Source: Octopus sinensis
Taxonomy: Eukaryota
Assembly: GCF_006345805.1 (NCBI RefSeq)
Contig: NC_043002.1
Location: 103,912,001-103,976,000 of the forward strand
Direction: 5' to 3'
DNA length: 64,000 bases
The notes beneath the pieces were generated by a model, which had not been told where the DNA came from, made no database searches, and worked only from the letters and a program-made list of their open reading frames with translations. The translations under genes were made by a program, and so were the position numbers. Numbering within the stretch: the first letter of the stretch is position 1; each line of letters begins with the position of its first letter. This document shows, in pieces, positions 25,738 through 40,673 of this stretch.

Positions 25738-26760
25738 TAGACACGCTCACACATGACCCGCAACAGACTCCTCACTCATACTATTATCGGATCGCTAGTC
25801 TAACAGCAGTTATTCCGTAGCACTTTCATAGCAGTAGCTGCCTTTTAGATCTTCTGGATATCAACATCGATACAGACGTATGCATACAAACATACGTACA
25901 TACACACGCACATATATATATATTTAGGTCGATCTCTATCTCTCTCTCTCACTCGCTCTCACTCTATCCCTATGTGTGTGTGTGTGTGTGTTTGTGTGAG
26001 TGTGTGTACCTGTGTATGCTTTGTGTTTCTCACTGACCATCGCTTCACAATCGGGGTAGATTTGCTTACGTCCCCGTAATCTAGCTGTAAATTTAACGAA
26101 AGTAATAATTATACCCGAGTTGGATGACTAAAATCCTGCAAAGTTATATAACTCAGGATGGCTTCAGTCGCAGTGAGTGAAGAATAAACCAGAAAAAGAT
26201 GAAGACGATTGGTGAAAACACGGCATCGCATTAACATAAGTATGCATAAGACAGGCCTAATGAAAATTATAACACTACACCACCTACAACCGGATAAACT
26301 TCATGAAGATATACCCAAGTAATAATCCAGAAAAACCATTAAGTAACACCTGCCCCAAACGAACTTGCATTTTTCATCATTCTTCCGGTAATATTACAGC
26401 TGTAGCCGAGCTCGTATGATTTCAGTGTGACGATCAGGTTACGGTTAAAGCGAAGTAGTAACAAGACCTGAATCTTATTGTCTCTTTTTCTTTTTTTTTT
26501 CTCTCTGCGACTGAAGTAGCAAGTCAGACAAATAGATTTTTCGATTGTTGCTCAAAATATAACCGAGATTCAATAGATATCTGTACAAAAGACAGAATGC
26601 ATTTGAAACATGAAGAAAAAAAAGGAAAAGCAAAAATGATATACACCGTCTAATGCACAATATTTCGAACAGTGAAACATTATAAATGTCACAATGATAT
26701 ATGCAGTGGATTTACTGGTGTATGAGGATATGCCTGTACGTGTGCGTGGTGTGAGTAGGC

Positions 26761-26876
<116 letters not shown>

Positions 26877-27063
26877 ATATGTATATATATATATGTATAT
26901 ATATGTATATATATATATATATATATGTATGTAATATATATATGTATATATATACATATATATATATAGGTATATATACATATACATATATATATATATA
27001 TATATAATATATTATATATATAACATATATATATATACATATATATATATAAGTATATATATA

Positions 27064-27109
<46 letters not shown>

Positions 27110-27649
27110 ACACGCACATACACTCACACACACACATGTAAAACTATCAGGGGAAGTGCATTATGAATGGCACCTACAATTTCCATTACATAGACGACAA
27201 ACCATTATACCGAAGAATGGATCGGTTTCTGAAGGGGACATATACCTTAACAGACATCCAATCGCGCACACGTGCGTACGCATAAACACACTAACGTGTG
27301 GCTGGGTGCAGATTTAAACACACACATAAATACATTAAATATATAGGTACGTGTTCTAATAATAGTCGCTCATATATACACTGATGTATCTTTATGAATA
27401 TAAAGACTCCGATAGACAAATAGATACACAGTGCAGTGAAATAACTAGCAATACAGAAACACATACACACACACACGCACACACACACTCACACACAAAC
27501 ACACACACACACACACAACACACACACACACACAAGTAAACATGCACACAGGCAAACACACATATGTATCTTGATAGCGGATTAAATATATATAGGTAAA
27601 TATACATAGAAATGTATATAGGTATATATATTTATATATGTGTATGTGT

Positions 27650-27868
27650 GTGTGTTTGTGTATCTGTGTTTGTCCCCCTAGCATTGCTTGACAACCGATG
27701 CTGGTGTGTTTACGTCCCCGTCACTTAGCGGTTCGGCAAAAGAGACCGATAGAATAAGTACTGGGCTTACAAAGAATAAGTACCCGGAGTCGATTTGCTC
27801 GACTAAAGGCGGTGCTGCAGCATGGCTGCAGTCAAATGACTGAAACGAGTAAAAGAGTAAAGAGTAAA
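27650..27868 (+). mobile_element. 3' half of the CORE-like SINE
   Basis: Nearly identical to 19255-19472. Confidence 0.88.
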
Positions 27869-28081
27869 GAGACAGAGAAATGATTTATGGATGCATGCGT
27901 ATATACTACGTTATTATTCACCCACCATTCGTGATTATATCTATTGCAGTATTTCCATACCTCTGCCTGTGGGTAATATATACATGCGTGTATATGTGCT
28001 TGTGTATGCGTGTCTGTATGTGTGTTCATACAGAAACATATGTACCTCTATACAAACACCTCCAAACACTTCACCCACGCA

Positions 28082-28146
<65 letters not shown>

Positions 28147-28172
28147 GTCTGTCTGTTTATCTCTCTCGCTCC

Positions 28173-28210
<38 letters not shown>

Positions 28211-28365
28211 ACCTATCTGTCTCTCTTTCTAGCTCTCTGTCTATCTATCTATCTGTTGGTATGTCTGTCTTTGTATATGTTTGAATAAATGGAATATACA
28301 CATATATAAATGATGCAATACGTGCACACATGTGTGCATGTATGCGCCTATATTTCTCTGTAGAG

Positions 28366-28401
<36 letters not shown>

Positions 28402-29099
28402 GCACACACACACACTCACATACACACACACGTGCACACATATACGCTTGAGTGTGTGAGAGTTATTGCACAGCCAATGACGAAGTGGAATGTCTCTCGA
28501 ATGTCTGCAACTTACAATAAAACATATTGCCGCCATTTTTTATATAACAACACAAAACATAAAATAGCAATAACAAGAAATATAAATAGACACTAAAAAC
28601 AAAACACAACAAAAATAATAATATTACATAACAAATTACATAAAAGTAAAATATAGACTGCAATAAAGAGAATTAAGAAAGAACAGCAGAAGAGAAACAA
28701 CAATATGAATTCTATATCGATGATGAAAATCTAGTTTTGGCATTTAATAACCACTTAGCAATGGATAGAATATTTGCCATTCTCTTTTGAAAGAATTTGT
28801 TTTTTATGTTTTCCGAAGAGGCATTTTTGTTTTTATATTCATGATAATTTTTTTTATTTCGTTTAGCTAAGTCGTTTTAATACAGCGCATGTTCTACGTA
28901 TTATAATATTGATAAAACCACTACTACTACTACTACTAATAATAATAAAACTCATAAGAATAAAATTTAATAGTGTTAGCATATGCAGCAGAAGTATTAT
29001 GATTATTATTATTATCATTATTATTATTGTTGTTGTTGTTATGTTACTAGAGTTGCCGATGACGCCATTCTCGTTACACGATAGTAAGAACTATGATAA

Positions 29100-29500
29100 T
29101 TAGTACTCCGGGAAGAAATCGTTAGAGATTACCCTAAGATCAAATCTAACACTAAGTCAGAAGTCTGTCTTTACCTTTGGTGGGCTAACACCCAGAAATG
29201 GTGTAGAGATAAAAATATGTAGTGGTTGTGACACCTCAAAACCACAGTCTTGTTTATGCGAAATGAAAACGTTAACTGGCATCAAAATCGAACCTACCAA
29301 AATGGGATTCCGAAAAAGTATATATAAACCATGGATAGAAAAAAGACGTGTACTCTTTCATGAAACAAAACTCCCAGACTTAGAAATCTCTACTCCTGCA
29401 AAGACAGAATCTATTGCAACAGGAAATGAAACCTCTACAAGACAGAAGAAAGACTGGAGCAAGAACATAAAGTTGCAGGGAAGTCAATAAATCCTCACGA
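29100..29500 (+). mobile_element. Possible R4/Dong N-terminal remnant
   Basis: IEPTKMGFRKSIYKPWIEK resembles the S.P...GYR.RM...W motif of Dong N-termini; follows an (ATT)n tract. Confidence 0.4.
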
Positions 29501-31099
29501 TGGAAATAACAGCAATGATTAAAGGGAAATTTTATTTCATGAAAGGAAAGTTACAGTGAAGTAAAGGAGGAAATGATCTTAGTCTAACATCTAAACGATA
29601 AAGGAGCTAGTGAAGGCCAGAGTGTAGCAGCCTAAAAGAAATCTAAAGCGGGTTTTGCTTTTACAAGTAGTCTATCTTGTGAATGTTCTTATATTTTACA
29701 CTTAAGTGCTTTCGAGCCATTTTAACTTCTTCCGAAAGCAAGTCTTATCAGAAATTTATAATTTTCTCTTGTTACTTTCCAGAGCAATGTGCCTGCCCTG
29801 GAAAGTAAGTAAAGAAAATTGTGAATTTGTCATAACACCAGCTTTCTAAAGAAGGTAAAATTGTTGTCGATTATGAAGAATTGCTCGTTTTCACTGTGTT
29901 TTTGCTTTCTCTGTATTGATTCATTTCTTTGTGGCCTTTTTCTCTTCTTCCCTTTTGTCTCGAACCAGTTTTTTTTTCCGTTTTCATCTGGAATGTCTTT
30001 CTCTTCATCGTACGGTGAGAATTTTGTACAACTTGGTTATGTTTCCATCGTTTTCTCTACTTTAGCAACCCGGAAGAGATGAAAAGCAAATGTGACCACG
30101 AGAGGTTTGACTACAGAATGCATATTCCTGAAATAAATATCGTAACGATTCTGCTAATTCTATTATGATTAGTGTAAAGATGATGAATCTAATTAAAATA
30201 ATTGTTCTTAATTTGGGCTGAAGGCCAATAAAATTAGCAGAGAAGGATTTAGCCGATTGCATCGATTCTAGTACAAGTCTTTTCCATAATATTATGCATC
30301 ACGAACAGATAAAAGGTATATTTATCCTGCTGCATTTCCAAAAGTGCTCAACTTAGAGATTATAAGGCAACTTGGTATATACTCCTACTACAGAAAACGC
30401 TTTAATTATCTGTTAAGAAACTTCTGCGCTCGGATATGCAGAGAAAGCATCGCAATGGTCGTAAAACTAAAGAACGTATCTTTCCTAACGCAGCCATATT
30501 GCAGCCCACTCAATCGGATGATGCATCGACCACCTTTTATCTAAAAAGACGGAAGAAAAAATTTATCTTGTGATATTCGTCATTTGAATCGAAAGCAAGG
30601 TATCGCAAAGCACAACAATAATCTTTTTATTTTATTCTGTATCATAGAACGCTGCGTTCATGATGGTATGATTTCAGTTTCGATTCCTGGAGCAGGCATT
30701 GTAATATGTTCTTGATTACCAAACATTATTTCAAGTTGCTCCAGTTCTCTCATTCAGCAAATATATGTAATATTTTGACGGACCGACGTCTCAGACTGAA
30801 AATATGTCGGCCAACGAATTCGGGAAACCGGCCTTATTTTCTTGTGGCTCGCGAGGGATTTAGTTTTTCATAATTGCATGCAATTGTTTTCTTGGTGTAG
30901 TTCAAGTGAAGTTTCGTTTAACTGGTAAAGGAGGCATGGTGTTATGATTTGCTTATTTTCTTTTCACTCTCTCTCTCTCTCTCTCTGGGGTTAATATTTA
31001 CTAAATTTAGCCATAATCTTTCAATATTTCAATTTGCAGTTGAGACGATTGTTTCAATGTGACAGTAAAAATAATTTCTATTCGAGTCCTAGGAGTTAT

Positions 31100-31310
31100 A
31101 GGCTCTGTTAGCCGGTTTCCATGGCGTAGAAGCCACCGAGATCACAGCACACCCCACTGAACAGGACTCTAGTGTGTCTCAATGTTCCTCATTTGCAGTC
31201 AATAGGAACACAACAACGTGAAATGAAGTATTTTGCTTAAGAACACAACATGCTCTCCGGTTCTGGAATCGAAAGAACAATCATGCGATTATGAGCGCAA
31301 CACCGCTTCA
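31100..31310 (-). mobile_element. Diverged tRNA-derived SINE
   Basis: Minus strand TTCGATTCCAGAACCGG...GTTGTGTTCTTAAGCAAAATACTTCATTTCACGTTG; a related plus-strand relic lies at ~30650-30860. Confidence 0.6.
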
Positions 31311-32003
31311 GTACGATATCTATTTTAGTTTAAGCTTATGCTTTTATAAAATTACATTCATATCCAGATTATTTCGTCCCTGGTTATACTTGTATTTTCT
31401 GGTTGCCTCTTGTTTAGTATTAGAGGCCAACATTACATTAAGTATATTATATTTGCGGACCTTGTATGTCCCACAGTTGCGTTTTTTTATCGGTTTATAT
31501 AATTCCCTTCGCTTCATTTTCTTGTAATGTTTATGAACCTATTTAAAGCATTATACATTATTCTCTCTTTTTGAAATGAATGTTTCGAGCGTTGACCTGG
31601 CTCGGTTGCTGTTAGTTTGTTTTTACAGAAATGCTGGCCAGTTGGCAATTAATCTGAACATTAACAATACAGAACTAATATTTGGCAAAAGAAAATAACA
31701 TTTCAATAATAAGTTAATGCATTACATACGTGGATATCATTCCAAATTTTCACCAGCTATATTTCGTTTAGTTTTATTCGATGACAAATCATCGACGTAA
31801 ATGGTTATTTTCGTAGCAATGGAGAAGCGCTGTTTTATTAAACGTGGTTATATTATAATTGTTATTTTCATTTTTATATATCATCAATTTTTTTCTCCAC
31901 TTAAGTTGTGACATTTTTCTATATTGAATGAAAGGATAGTGCCTAGTGGCAGTAATAAACAATACATTATTATCATTATTATTGTTGTTATTGTTATTAT
32001 TAA

Positions 32004-32078
<75 letters not shown>

Positions 32079-32557
32079 CATTATTATTATTATTATCATC
32101 ACCTAAAATTACACGGAGTTAGTGTATGTGCGAATCCATTTATTTTAGAAACGCTTACACACATAAGCATAGCAACACGCAATTCTGATACAAACATTTG
32201 CACAGAGCGAGACAAACTCACACATAGACATAATGTCATATCAATTTGATGGTAGGACACTTATGAAGTGCCAAAATTGGTTCATATTGTAGAAAAACTG
32301 GAATGCATCCAATGAGGTAGGTTGTGGAATTAATGGAAGATCGCATCATTTCGGATGGGTGATTCCTTTGGCAGAAATACTTTCCTTCTTCAGTGATTCG
32401 TCTTAAGAGACATGTTGTTATTCAATCATTATTACTCAAGTTACACCTTGCGGCTTAAGAATACGAAATTAACGCTAATCTAAAACGAAATTCATAAGAC
32501 ACTTCACCGAGGAGAGTGTCACAAAATCACACACACACGCACGCACGCACACACACA

Positions 32558-32616
<59 letters not shown>

Positions 32617-33112
32617 TCTGTGTTTGAAAAACAGAGAGATGATAACAGTAAAAATTCTTGAATATCTGACTTTCTCTGAAACGGTTTCCATTGTGGATTA
32701 GTGATCCGTTTTCGACAGGTGTTCTTCATGAAATTAAAACAAAAAATTTTGCTATTTAGGTGAGTGTCATTGTTCATCTGCTAGACTCCCTAAAATTCGA
32801 AGCTTCATGAGGCTACCGGTTCACAACAATATCAATAATTTTGGGTTCTGAACACAAAATCTATTTAAACTTAATAAAATAAAAGGGTTCTTCTGCATCT
32901 TTTATAAAGAGAAGGAAGTTATTCTTGGAGGAACTTTTCTATGAGACAAATTGTTCGAAGACAAACAAACTCTGCTAACAGACGTCTTTTGGTAAACGCA
33001 AGAAGACGACTAGTGATTGTGAATAAGTTTTCAGGTGACTTTATTCACTTGAAATGTAAAATCTGTACAAATAACGTTATAGAAATATGTTCTTAAAGCA
33101 AAACCGCTTATA

Positions 33113-33565
33113 GGCGCAGGAGTGACTGTGTGATAAGTAGCTTGCTTACCATCCACATGGCTCCGAGTTCATTCCCACTGCGTAGCACCTTGGGCAACTG
33201 TCTTCTACTATAGCTTCGGGGCGACCAAAGCCTTGTGAGTGGATTTGGTAGACGGAAACTGAAAAAAGCCTGTCGTATATATTTATGTATGTATGTATGT
33301 ATGTATGTATGTATGTATGATGTATGTATGTATGTGTGTGTATATATTTGTGTGTCTGTGTTGGTCCCCCCAACATTACTTGACAACAGATGTTGGTGTG
33401 TTTACGTCTCCGTAAATAAGCGGTTCGGCAAAAGAGATCGATAGAATAAGTACTAGGCTTCCAAAGAATAAGTCCTGGGTTCGATTTGATCGATTAAAAG
33501 GTGGTGCTCCAGCATGGTCGCAGTCAAATGACTGAAACGAATAAAAGAGCAAAGAGTAAGAGAGT
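33113..33565 (+). mobile_element. Full-length CORE-like SINE with expanded internal (TATG)n
   Basis: Co-linear with 19060-19472. Confidence 0.9.
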
Positions 33566-34069
33566 ATAGCAATGATGACACTGCCTTTCACAAGAGATCT
33601 CTCTCATGTTATTATTACTATATTGCAACGCAGTTTGATCGATCGTCTGCTCCGGTGATTGTACCAAAAAACGGCAAGGATGACGTTAATAGAAACTAGA
33701 AGAGCGAAGGATAGAAAGAAACGGAACATATTCGTAGTATAATTTTACAAGAATAGATTTGTTGGTTCTTAAAATTTCCACTATTATAGAGATCAGATTT
33801 GAATGGCATTAATGGGAGGCGCGCAAATGTGCGGAATTGACGTTAATGAAATCTGGGATGGATAATTACTACAAAGCTAATAGTCCTTCGTATTACTTCT
33901 GGATATATTGTTTGTATTTGGTAGCATCTGCTGGAAAGCAGTAAGTTGGATATACGAAGGAAATGAATGAATGCAAAACAATAAATTGCCATCTTGAATT
34001 TAGAAAACTGAAAAATAATATTTCTGATCTGAAGAAGACTATAACTTGGAAGCAAGAAAAATAAAAGTT

Positions 34070-35640
34070 AAAAAAAAGAAAAGCAAGAAATGATAGAAAG
34101 AAAATGTTGCTTTCCTCAATAACATATGTAAAAACGAATAGAATATATATTTGCTGAGAGAAATAGAGACCTTTTGAATATAAATTTACTGTCTTTATAG
34201 AAACGATCAAAATCTGTGAGTGACAAACTCTGGTATGAATGGAGAAATTTAGTGGAAAGCAATGACCAGTTTACAGAGATACAATAGGAAAATCAATCAA
34301 TGCCGTAGAGTTTCCTTCACAGAGAATTTCGAATTTATTGTGAAGAAAACATTTAGCAGTGACATGAAGGTTACTTCGGATGCAATGTACACGGAACAAA
34401 ATACGCTTTTAATGGAGAACCCTGAGAATCGCAGAAAAGAGAAGAAAATAATTCAGTATAAGAAAGCATGCGAAAGAGATTGATTGTTGGAGATTAACAC
34501 ATAGACTGACTTTGATTTTATCACAATGGGGCGGCGCCTTATAAAGCTTAATGGAAATATATGTTAGGTTATCTTTCGTTGGAAGAAAGAAATCTGATAG
34601 CAAACATATGAATGGCATGGAAAAAAATACTATGGACCTCATTTATAACATATATACATATAACCTACAAGCTTTACCTACAGAATTACTATGATTGGAC
34701 AAATATAAGGGAATGTACGAAAGATTCTGCTGGATCCGCTGAGAAGTGGTTAATAAGTTAAACAGTTATGTTGAAGGCTTAATTGTTTTGGATGAATTTG
34801 GTTAATCTTTGACTGGATTAAAGGAAATCGTAAGATGCAGCTTTCCATTCATAACTGCTTGTGGCTTTCGATTTGGTAAGGGACCATAATAAGTGCCTGA
34901 TTCACAATCTTGACGGTGAATGCAAGAAAGTGTGATGCTAATACTCATACGGTACAGAATCCTAGACAGATATTCCAAATAAAAATCGTTTTGTGAATAA
35001 CATAAACCTATACAATTATATCAAATAACATGCAGCGTAAAATCTTGATTTGTGAAAATCGTTTATTGAAGAGCAGCCATAATTACCAAATGCTAATTAA
35101 GACTCTATTCTAATGTAGCTTAAACATTCAGTAAATTTTTTTTTTTTATGAATCGAAAAGAAATCTAAATAAAAAGTGTGTGATTGGTATAAATGAGGGC
35201 TGGTAAAAATTACTACTGCACATAATCTATTTTTGGCCGAACTGAATTAAGTTGATAAGAATACGAATAGCACGAAGTTTAATCTTGCTACTGCAAACTT
35301 AAATGAGATAGAGATGGATTTGCGTCGGAAAACGTTCCTTTTTGATTTTAAAACGACGTAAACCAAAGCCAGTGTAATAAACTATTTATAAAGAGACAAA
35401 CTTCCTCCGATGTATTATGAGAATTTCAAAGATATTCAGTGTTGGAAGAAAACCTCCAGAAGCTGAATTTCTAACATGGCAGAATTAAGAGAGTGTATAT
35501 AACACCGGAATAAAGATTATGTTCAAAGTAACTCCTTACGTGCACTCAGCATATCGCTATTTGGGAAACTCAGTTGAGCACTTGAAAGAATGAACACCAG
35601 AAAATTCCATACAAGAGGTATTCACTATGCCATGATTGAA
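34070..35640 (+). mobile_element. Very decayed RTE-like LINE
   Basis: Scattered motif remnants (ARNDRK...RDL; AFDLV) in purine-rich sequence with many stops. Confidence 0.4.
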
Positions 35641-35644
35641 CGCA

Positions 35645-36027
35645 GGAGGCGCAATGGCCCAGTGGTTACGGCAGCGGACTCGCGGTCGTAGGATCGCGGT
35701 TTCGATTCCCAGACCGGGCGTTGTGAGTGTTTATTGAGCGAAAACACCCAAAGCTCCACGAGGCTCCGGCATGGGATGGTGGTGATCCCTGCTGTACTCT
35801 TTCACCACAACTTTCTCTCACTCTTACTTCCTGTTTCTGTTGTACCTGTATTTCAAAGGGCCGGCCTTGTCACTCTCTGTGTCACGCTGAATATCCCCGA
35901 GAACTACGTTAGGGGTACATATGTCTTTGGAGTGCTCAGCCACTTACACGTTAATTTCACGAATAGGCTGTTCCGTTGATTCGGATCAACCGGAACCCTC
36001 ATCGTCGTAACCGACGGAGTGCTTCCA
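35645..36027 (+). mobile_element. Well-preserved tRNA(Arg)-like SINE (octopus OR-type by recollection)
   Basis: GGCGCAATGGCCCAGTGGTTA A box, anticodon-like CTCGCGG, GGTTTCGATTCCC B box, followed by ~300 bp non-tRNA body. Confidence 0.8.
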
Positions 36028-37238
36028 TTAGATTGAACGCAACCAAAATGGCTGGGACTAACTTCAGCTGAAGTATCTTTTGAACATCTCGTCATTTATC
36101 TATTTCAGCACATGCATCGTTGGGTCTATTCTGCATAATTTGGTGAAAAGTCCCCAGAGAAGAAGTAAAGGAAATCGCCAGCAGCTATGTCTCTTAACAA
36201 AATTTTCAGGAAATGTTAACAGCTGTACCGCAAAAGATCGCTAAATGGATGACATTCTATTTACCACCAGAAACAACGCATGTCCTATGTCGCCAGAGTT
36301 CCACTATCTTAGATAATCAAAACAATATATGATGAACTATTACCAAACGTTTCTCTCCTAACTAGACATCCTGATGTAGATCCTATTCTCACTATGCAGT
36401 AGCCTCTAGAACAAGATATTTTCATTAAATTATAAAACATCAAGGATTTTCCTAGAAAGATCATTGCCTCGTAGGCAACATCCTGTAAACCACTGACTTA
36501 ATAATCAAGAAAGAAAGCGTGAAGCATTCCAAATATTCGCCATTTCAGTTTTGTAGAAGGAACAGGAAAGAGACACCATCATGTGTGCGCATATGTTATA
36601 CACGCACGCACACTCATAAAATGTAATCACATATACTTGTATACTACAAAAATAACTGCACCTATTAAATTAGAGCAGGTATGTCCACGCATGCGCCTTT
36701 ACACATGCACATATTGCTTAGCAATCTCACATTTGCATAACTCTGGTGATATTCCGTTTGACGCAAACGTAGAAGTCATGTCATTTTGTAAGTTACTAGC
36801 TTAAATCTGCGCAGGAATTTAATAAATTCTCAAGGAAAAGGAAAACAAGGACATACATACACGCCTCAATGAATACATGTATAGACACATATGTATATAA
36901 ATAAATGAATTTATAAACAAATATAAAAGAAGGAAAAAAAAAACAGTTATGCTATCCAATACGTCGAAGCAGAGAATAATACATGGGCGCGTATATGGAA
37001 ATTATCAAGTTACAAATATATAGCATGTGTATGTGAGTGTGTGAATATGATATATCTATGTGTGTATAATATATACATGTATGTATATGTATATATGTAT
37101 GTATATATATATATGTATGTATGTTGTATGTATGTATGTATGAGCGACTGTGCGTGTTGATATATGCTTACAATAAAACATAAATATTATATGTCTATAT
37201 ATATATAACTATATATAAATGGCTATATAACTATATAC

Positions 37239-37293
<55 letters not shown>

Positions 37294-37303
37294 TAGATAT
37301 ATG

Positions 37304-37340
<37 letters not shown>

Positions 37341-37377
37341 GTATATAGTTATATAGACATATATATATATACATATG

Positions 37378-37408
<31 letters not shown>

Positions 37409-37964
37409 AATATATATATATATGTGTGTATATGTTTATGTATATATATATATATACCCACTTGTATTTATACTTAGATGTGTATGTATATGTATATGCA
37501 TGTATGAATATGAGTGTGTGCGAGTGTATATGTAGATACTTACCATGTATAAGCATATGCATATATGTTATGCCGTGTAAGATGGCGTGCAGTTTCTGTT
37601 CTAATAAAACATTTTATTTCCACAGGAAAACATTAAGACATAAATCAATCTATAACGATAATAAAATAGGCAATATTATCGATCTGTAATATTGACAACA
37701 ACTGCAACAATAACACCAACAACAGCAACAGGTCTGACTGAAGAATAATATGATAAGAAGAACTTTAAAAAATACAGCGAAATATTAATGATCGATTTGG
37801 CTCAAATTATTCAGAAAACATCGGAGGAAAAAAAAATTCATGTATTACATGATGATAATGATGATGATGATGATGATGATGACGACGATGATTATGATGA
37901 TCATGATGATCATGATGAGGTTGATGATGATACTATTAATAAAAATAATTTATTATTATTATTA

Positions 37965-38003
<39 letters not shown>

Positions 38004-38022
38004 CATCATCATCATCCTCACC

Positions 38023-38059
<37 letters not shown>

Positions 38060-38127
38060 TATTATATTATTATTATTATTATTATTATCATTATTATTAT
38101 CATTATTATTTCCTTCATTTCCCACAG

Positions 38128-38412
38128 GGATATCGAATGAGGGTAAGCATTAGAAAGACAGTTTACAATTCGTGCGAGTTTTTACATAAAACACGCGCAG
38201 AAGAAAAGGAGGCGAAGCAGAAATGGGATATAAATACACACTTAGAGTACAAAATATGCGAATACGTAAAAGATGCATTCCTCTTAATACAGGATAAACT
38301 CCGACTAGGTCCAGTCAAGGAATCCCCCAAACCCCAGATTATTCTGGTTCCTAACGATACAAGATACCTTCCGACTGTTGGCCTCTATTCCCCAGGTGCA
38401 TGCGTAGCATAG
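38128..38412 (+). other. Candidate exon (94 open codons, or a 15-nt microexon 38128-38142)
   Basis: Acceptor TTTCCTTCATTTCCCACAG| then GYRMRVSIRKTVYNSCEFLHKTRAEEKEAKQKWD...GACVA*; GTAAGC donor at 38143. No family recognised. Confidence 0.25.
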
Positions 38413-38610
38413 CTCCATTCAATCTAAGCATATTTCTCAGCAGTCAGTCACCATTTTTACAAGTTCACTGAAACAGGGCAATCCCCTCTCCCCACCCCCA
38501 CCCACGTACTTGCCTTTTCCTGTAGAATTTTTCAAAAATGTCAATGAGCTTTCGTTCCTGAATCCTTTCAACCACGTCCACCGGACAAATTCTTTCGGCA
38601 TAGCATCCAG

Positions 38611-38636
38611 TTAAACACGATGAAAATGATGATGAC

Positions 38637-38679
<43 letters not shown>

Positions 38680-39007
38680 CCAGTGGAGATGATGATGATG
38701 ATGCCAGTGGAGATGATGATGATGATGAAGATGATTGCGATGATGACGATGATGATGATGGTGACGATGGCAGTGGAGAGGATGAGGATGTGATAAAGAT
38801 GATGGTAGGGGTGGCGGCGGTGGTTGTGATAATAACAACACAGCGCCATAATCATCGACAACACTTATAAATGCTTCCGTTACGCCGCAAACTTTGTTGG
38901 AACCAGCATTGAAGTCTCTTGGTCTGTAGCTTTGCCATTTACCCTGCTCCCCACTCCTGCTTCTAATCCTACAATTCAGGGCAAATGCACAGGCTGATCC
39001 CACTTCG
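38611..39007 (-). other. Candidate terminal exon encoding a Pro/His-rich tail
   Basis: Branch point TACTAAC (39056-39050), pyrimidine tract TCTTCTTTCTTTCTTTCAG|, frame open EVGSACAFALNC...QPPPPPLPSSLSHPHP...poly-His to stop. Part of the frame is an (ATC)n repeat. Confidence 0.35.
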
Positions 39008-39214
39008 CTGAAAGAAAGAAAGAAGACTTGACCAGCGGGAGTTGAATAGGTTAGTATTGGTGCTATGTATTCCAATTAAATTAATCTATCTGGATATGGA
39101 TATCTTCACTGAAAGGAAGTAGAAAGTAAGTGAAAATTCTTTGTGGCTAGAGCCAAATAAGTCTCTAACGGAACTGGAGAGAATGGATCAGGCTAGATCA
39201 GATTTTGGAGCATA

Positions 39215-39720
39215 CCTCGTTACAGCGCAGTGTTGCATCCTACATCTGTTGGTATATTCTCTGGTCCTCCTGAGTACCCCGACGATCGGGGTCCCAGTCA
39301 GTCCTCATTATTGCAAAATGCCTCCTCATATGCCGTGACCGTGTGGCTTTTGGTCGGCCAACACTAACCGTTAACCCAGTCAGATCATCAGTGAAGAGAA
39401 TGCGGCAAGCAGGGTTTACCTCAGAAAATCGAGAAACATGTCCAAACAGTCTGAGATGACACACCCGAATCAATCAAGCAACCACAGGGATCCAACTTTC
39501 TGAGTGGAGTGTTACATTGGATACAAAATCTGAGAACTGGGAATTATAGGCTATTTGGGAATTATAGCGCTCCAGGTACCAAAGGAGTTCAAGTGGCTCC
39601 TAGAGGAACTAGATTGTCTCTAAGTCTCACAACAATAGACGAAAATAAGGATGACCGGAGACTCGAACACCCGAAACTTTGAGGCAGCTCCGTCCAAGTC
39701 ATTTTAGGACATCGAACACG
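39215..39720 (-). mobile_element. RTE LINE 3' fragment
   Basis: LRLFGHVSRFSEVNPACRILF...GRPKAT is a typical RTE C-terminal motif. Confidence 0.8.
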
Positions 39721-39817
39721 CAAATTAAAATTCTATGAAACTCGCTGCCAAGATAAATTACCACTTCAGATGAATTACCACTTCAGGGAGTGCTAATAAA
39801 TAAATATTTAGAAGGGA

Positions 39818-39891
39818 AAGAGAAAAGTATTGCAAGGATAACCGAGACACTCGAAGAGAAAAGTATTGCAAGGATAACCGAGACACTCGAA
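39818..39891 (+). repeat. Perfect tandem duplication of a 36-bp unit
   Basis: AAGAGAAAAGTATTGCAAGGATAACCGAGACACTCG occurs twice. Confidence 0.9.
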
Positions 39892-40067
39892 AAGAATATG
39901 GAGAAACAGAACATATATTGGTAGAGATATTGTAGGGAGAATAGAAGGAGATGAAGTATTAGCTTTTATCAAAGATGAATTATTCAGATACGAGATGTAA
40001 ATACAGATGTAATGATTGGGATGAAAATAATAATTGGATTAAATTGAGTGAAGTAAAAGAGAGTATG

Positions 40068-40352
40068 ACATTACATAATTTACATTCGAAGGATATTTGT
40101 CCTCACCTTGTTTGTTGTTAACACAACGTTTCGGCTGATACACCCTCCAGCTTTCACCAGGTGTCTTCGAGAGATTTTGAACCTGGGTTCTCATTCCTAA
40201 GGTATTTCGAACCCAGGTTCGAAACTTCCCCAAGACACCTGACGAAGGCTGGATGATATATCAACCGAAACGTTGTTTTAACAACAAACAAGATGAGCAC
40301 AAATATCTGCCAACTGTAAAAATGTAGGTAAGTCCTCCTCTCTTCAATATTG
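40068..40352. mobile_element. Head-to-head inverted pair of 5'-truncated family A tails
   Basis: Minus copy 40068-40208 (core CUGGUGA, mutated) abuts plus copy 40209-40352 (CTGACGA 40239, GAAACGTT 40267). Confidence 0.88.
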
Positions 40353-40673
40353 GACAGCATGTCATTAATAGTGATTCATAATACGCCATCACCAATTTTA
40401 TCTCGGGACAGAGGCTGGCGAAACAAAACTGAGCTAAATTAACTCACAGTATTACTGAATGTCGGAAGAATAGGTTTACCTAACATAAGAAGGCAACATA
40501 TGTGTATATACTCTCTCTTTCTTTCTCTCGCTCTTTCTCTTTCCCTCTCTCCCTTTATGTCACATACACACATGCACAAGCACTCATAAATTATTTACTC
40601 ATACTCAAGTGTACTCATAAAATCAGACGATATTAAAGTGAATGAAGTTTATCGTTCCCATAAGACAACTATT

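Noticed and set aside
36240-36560. MDDILF motif suggestive of an RT active site
   Set aside because: No other RT motifs could be placed in order around it.
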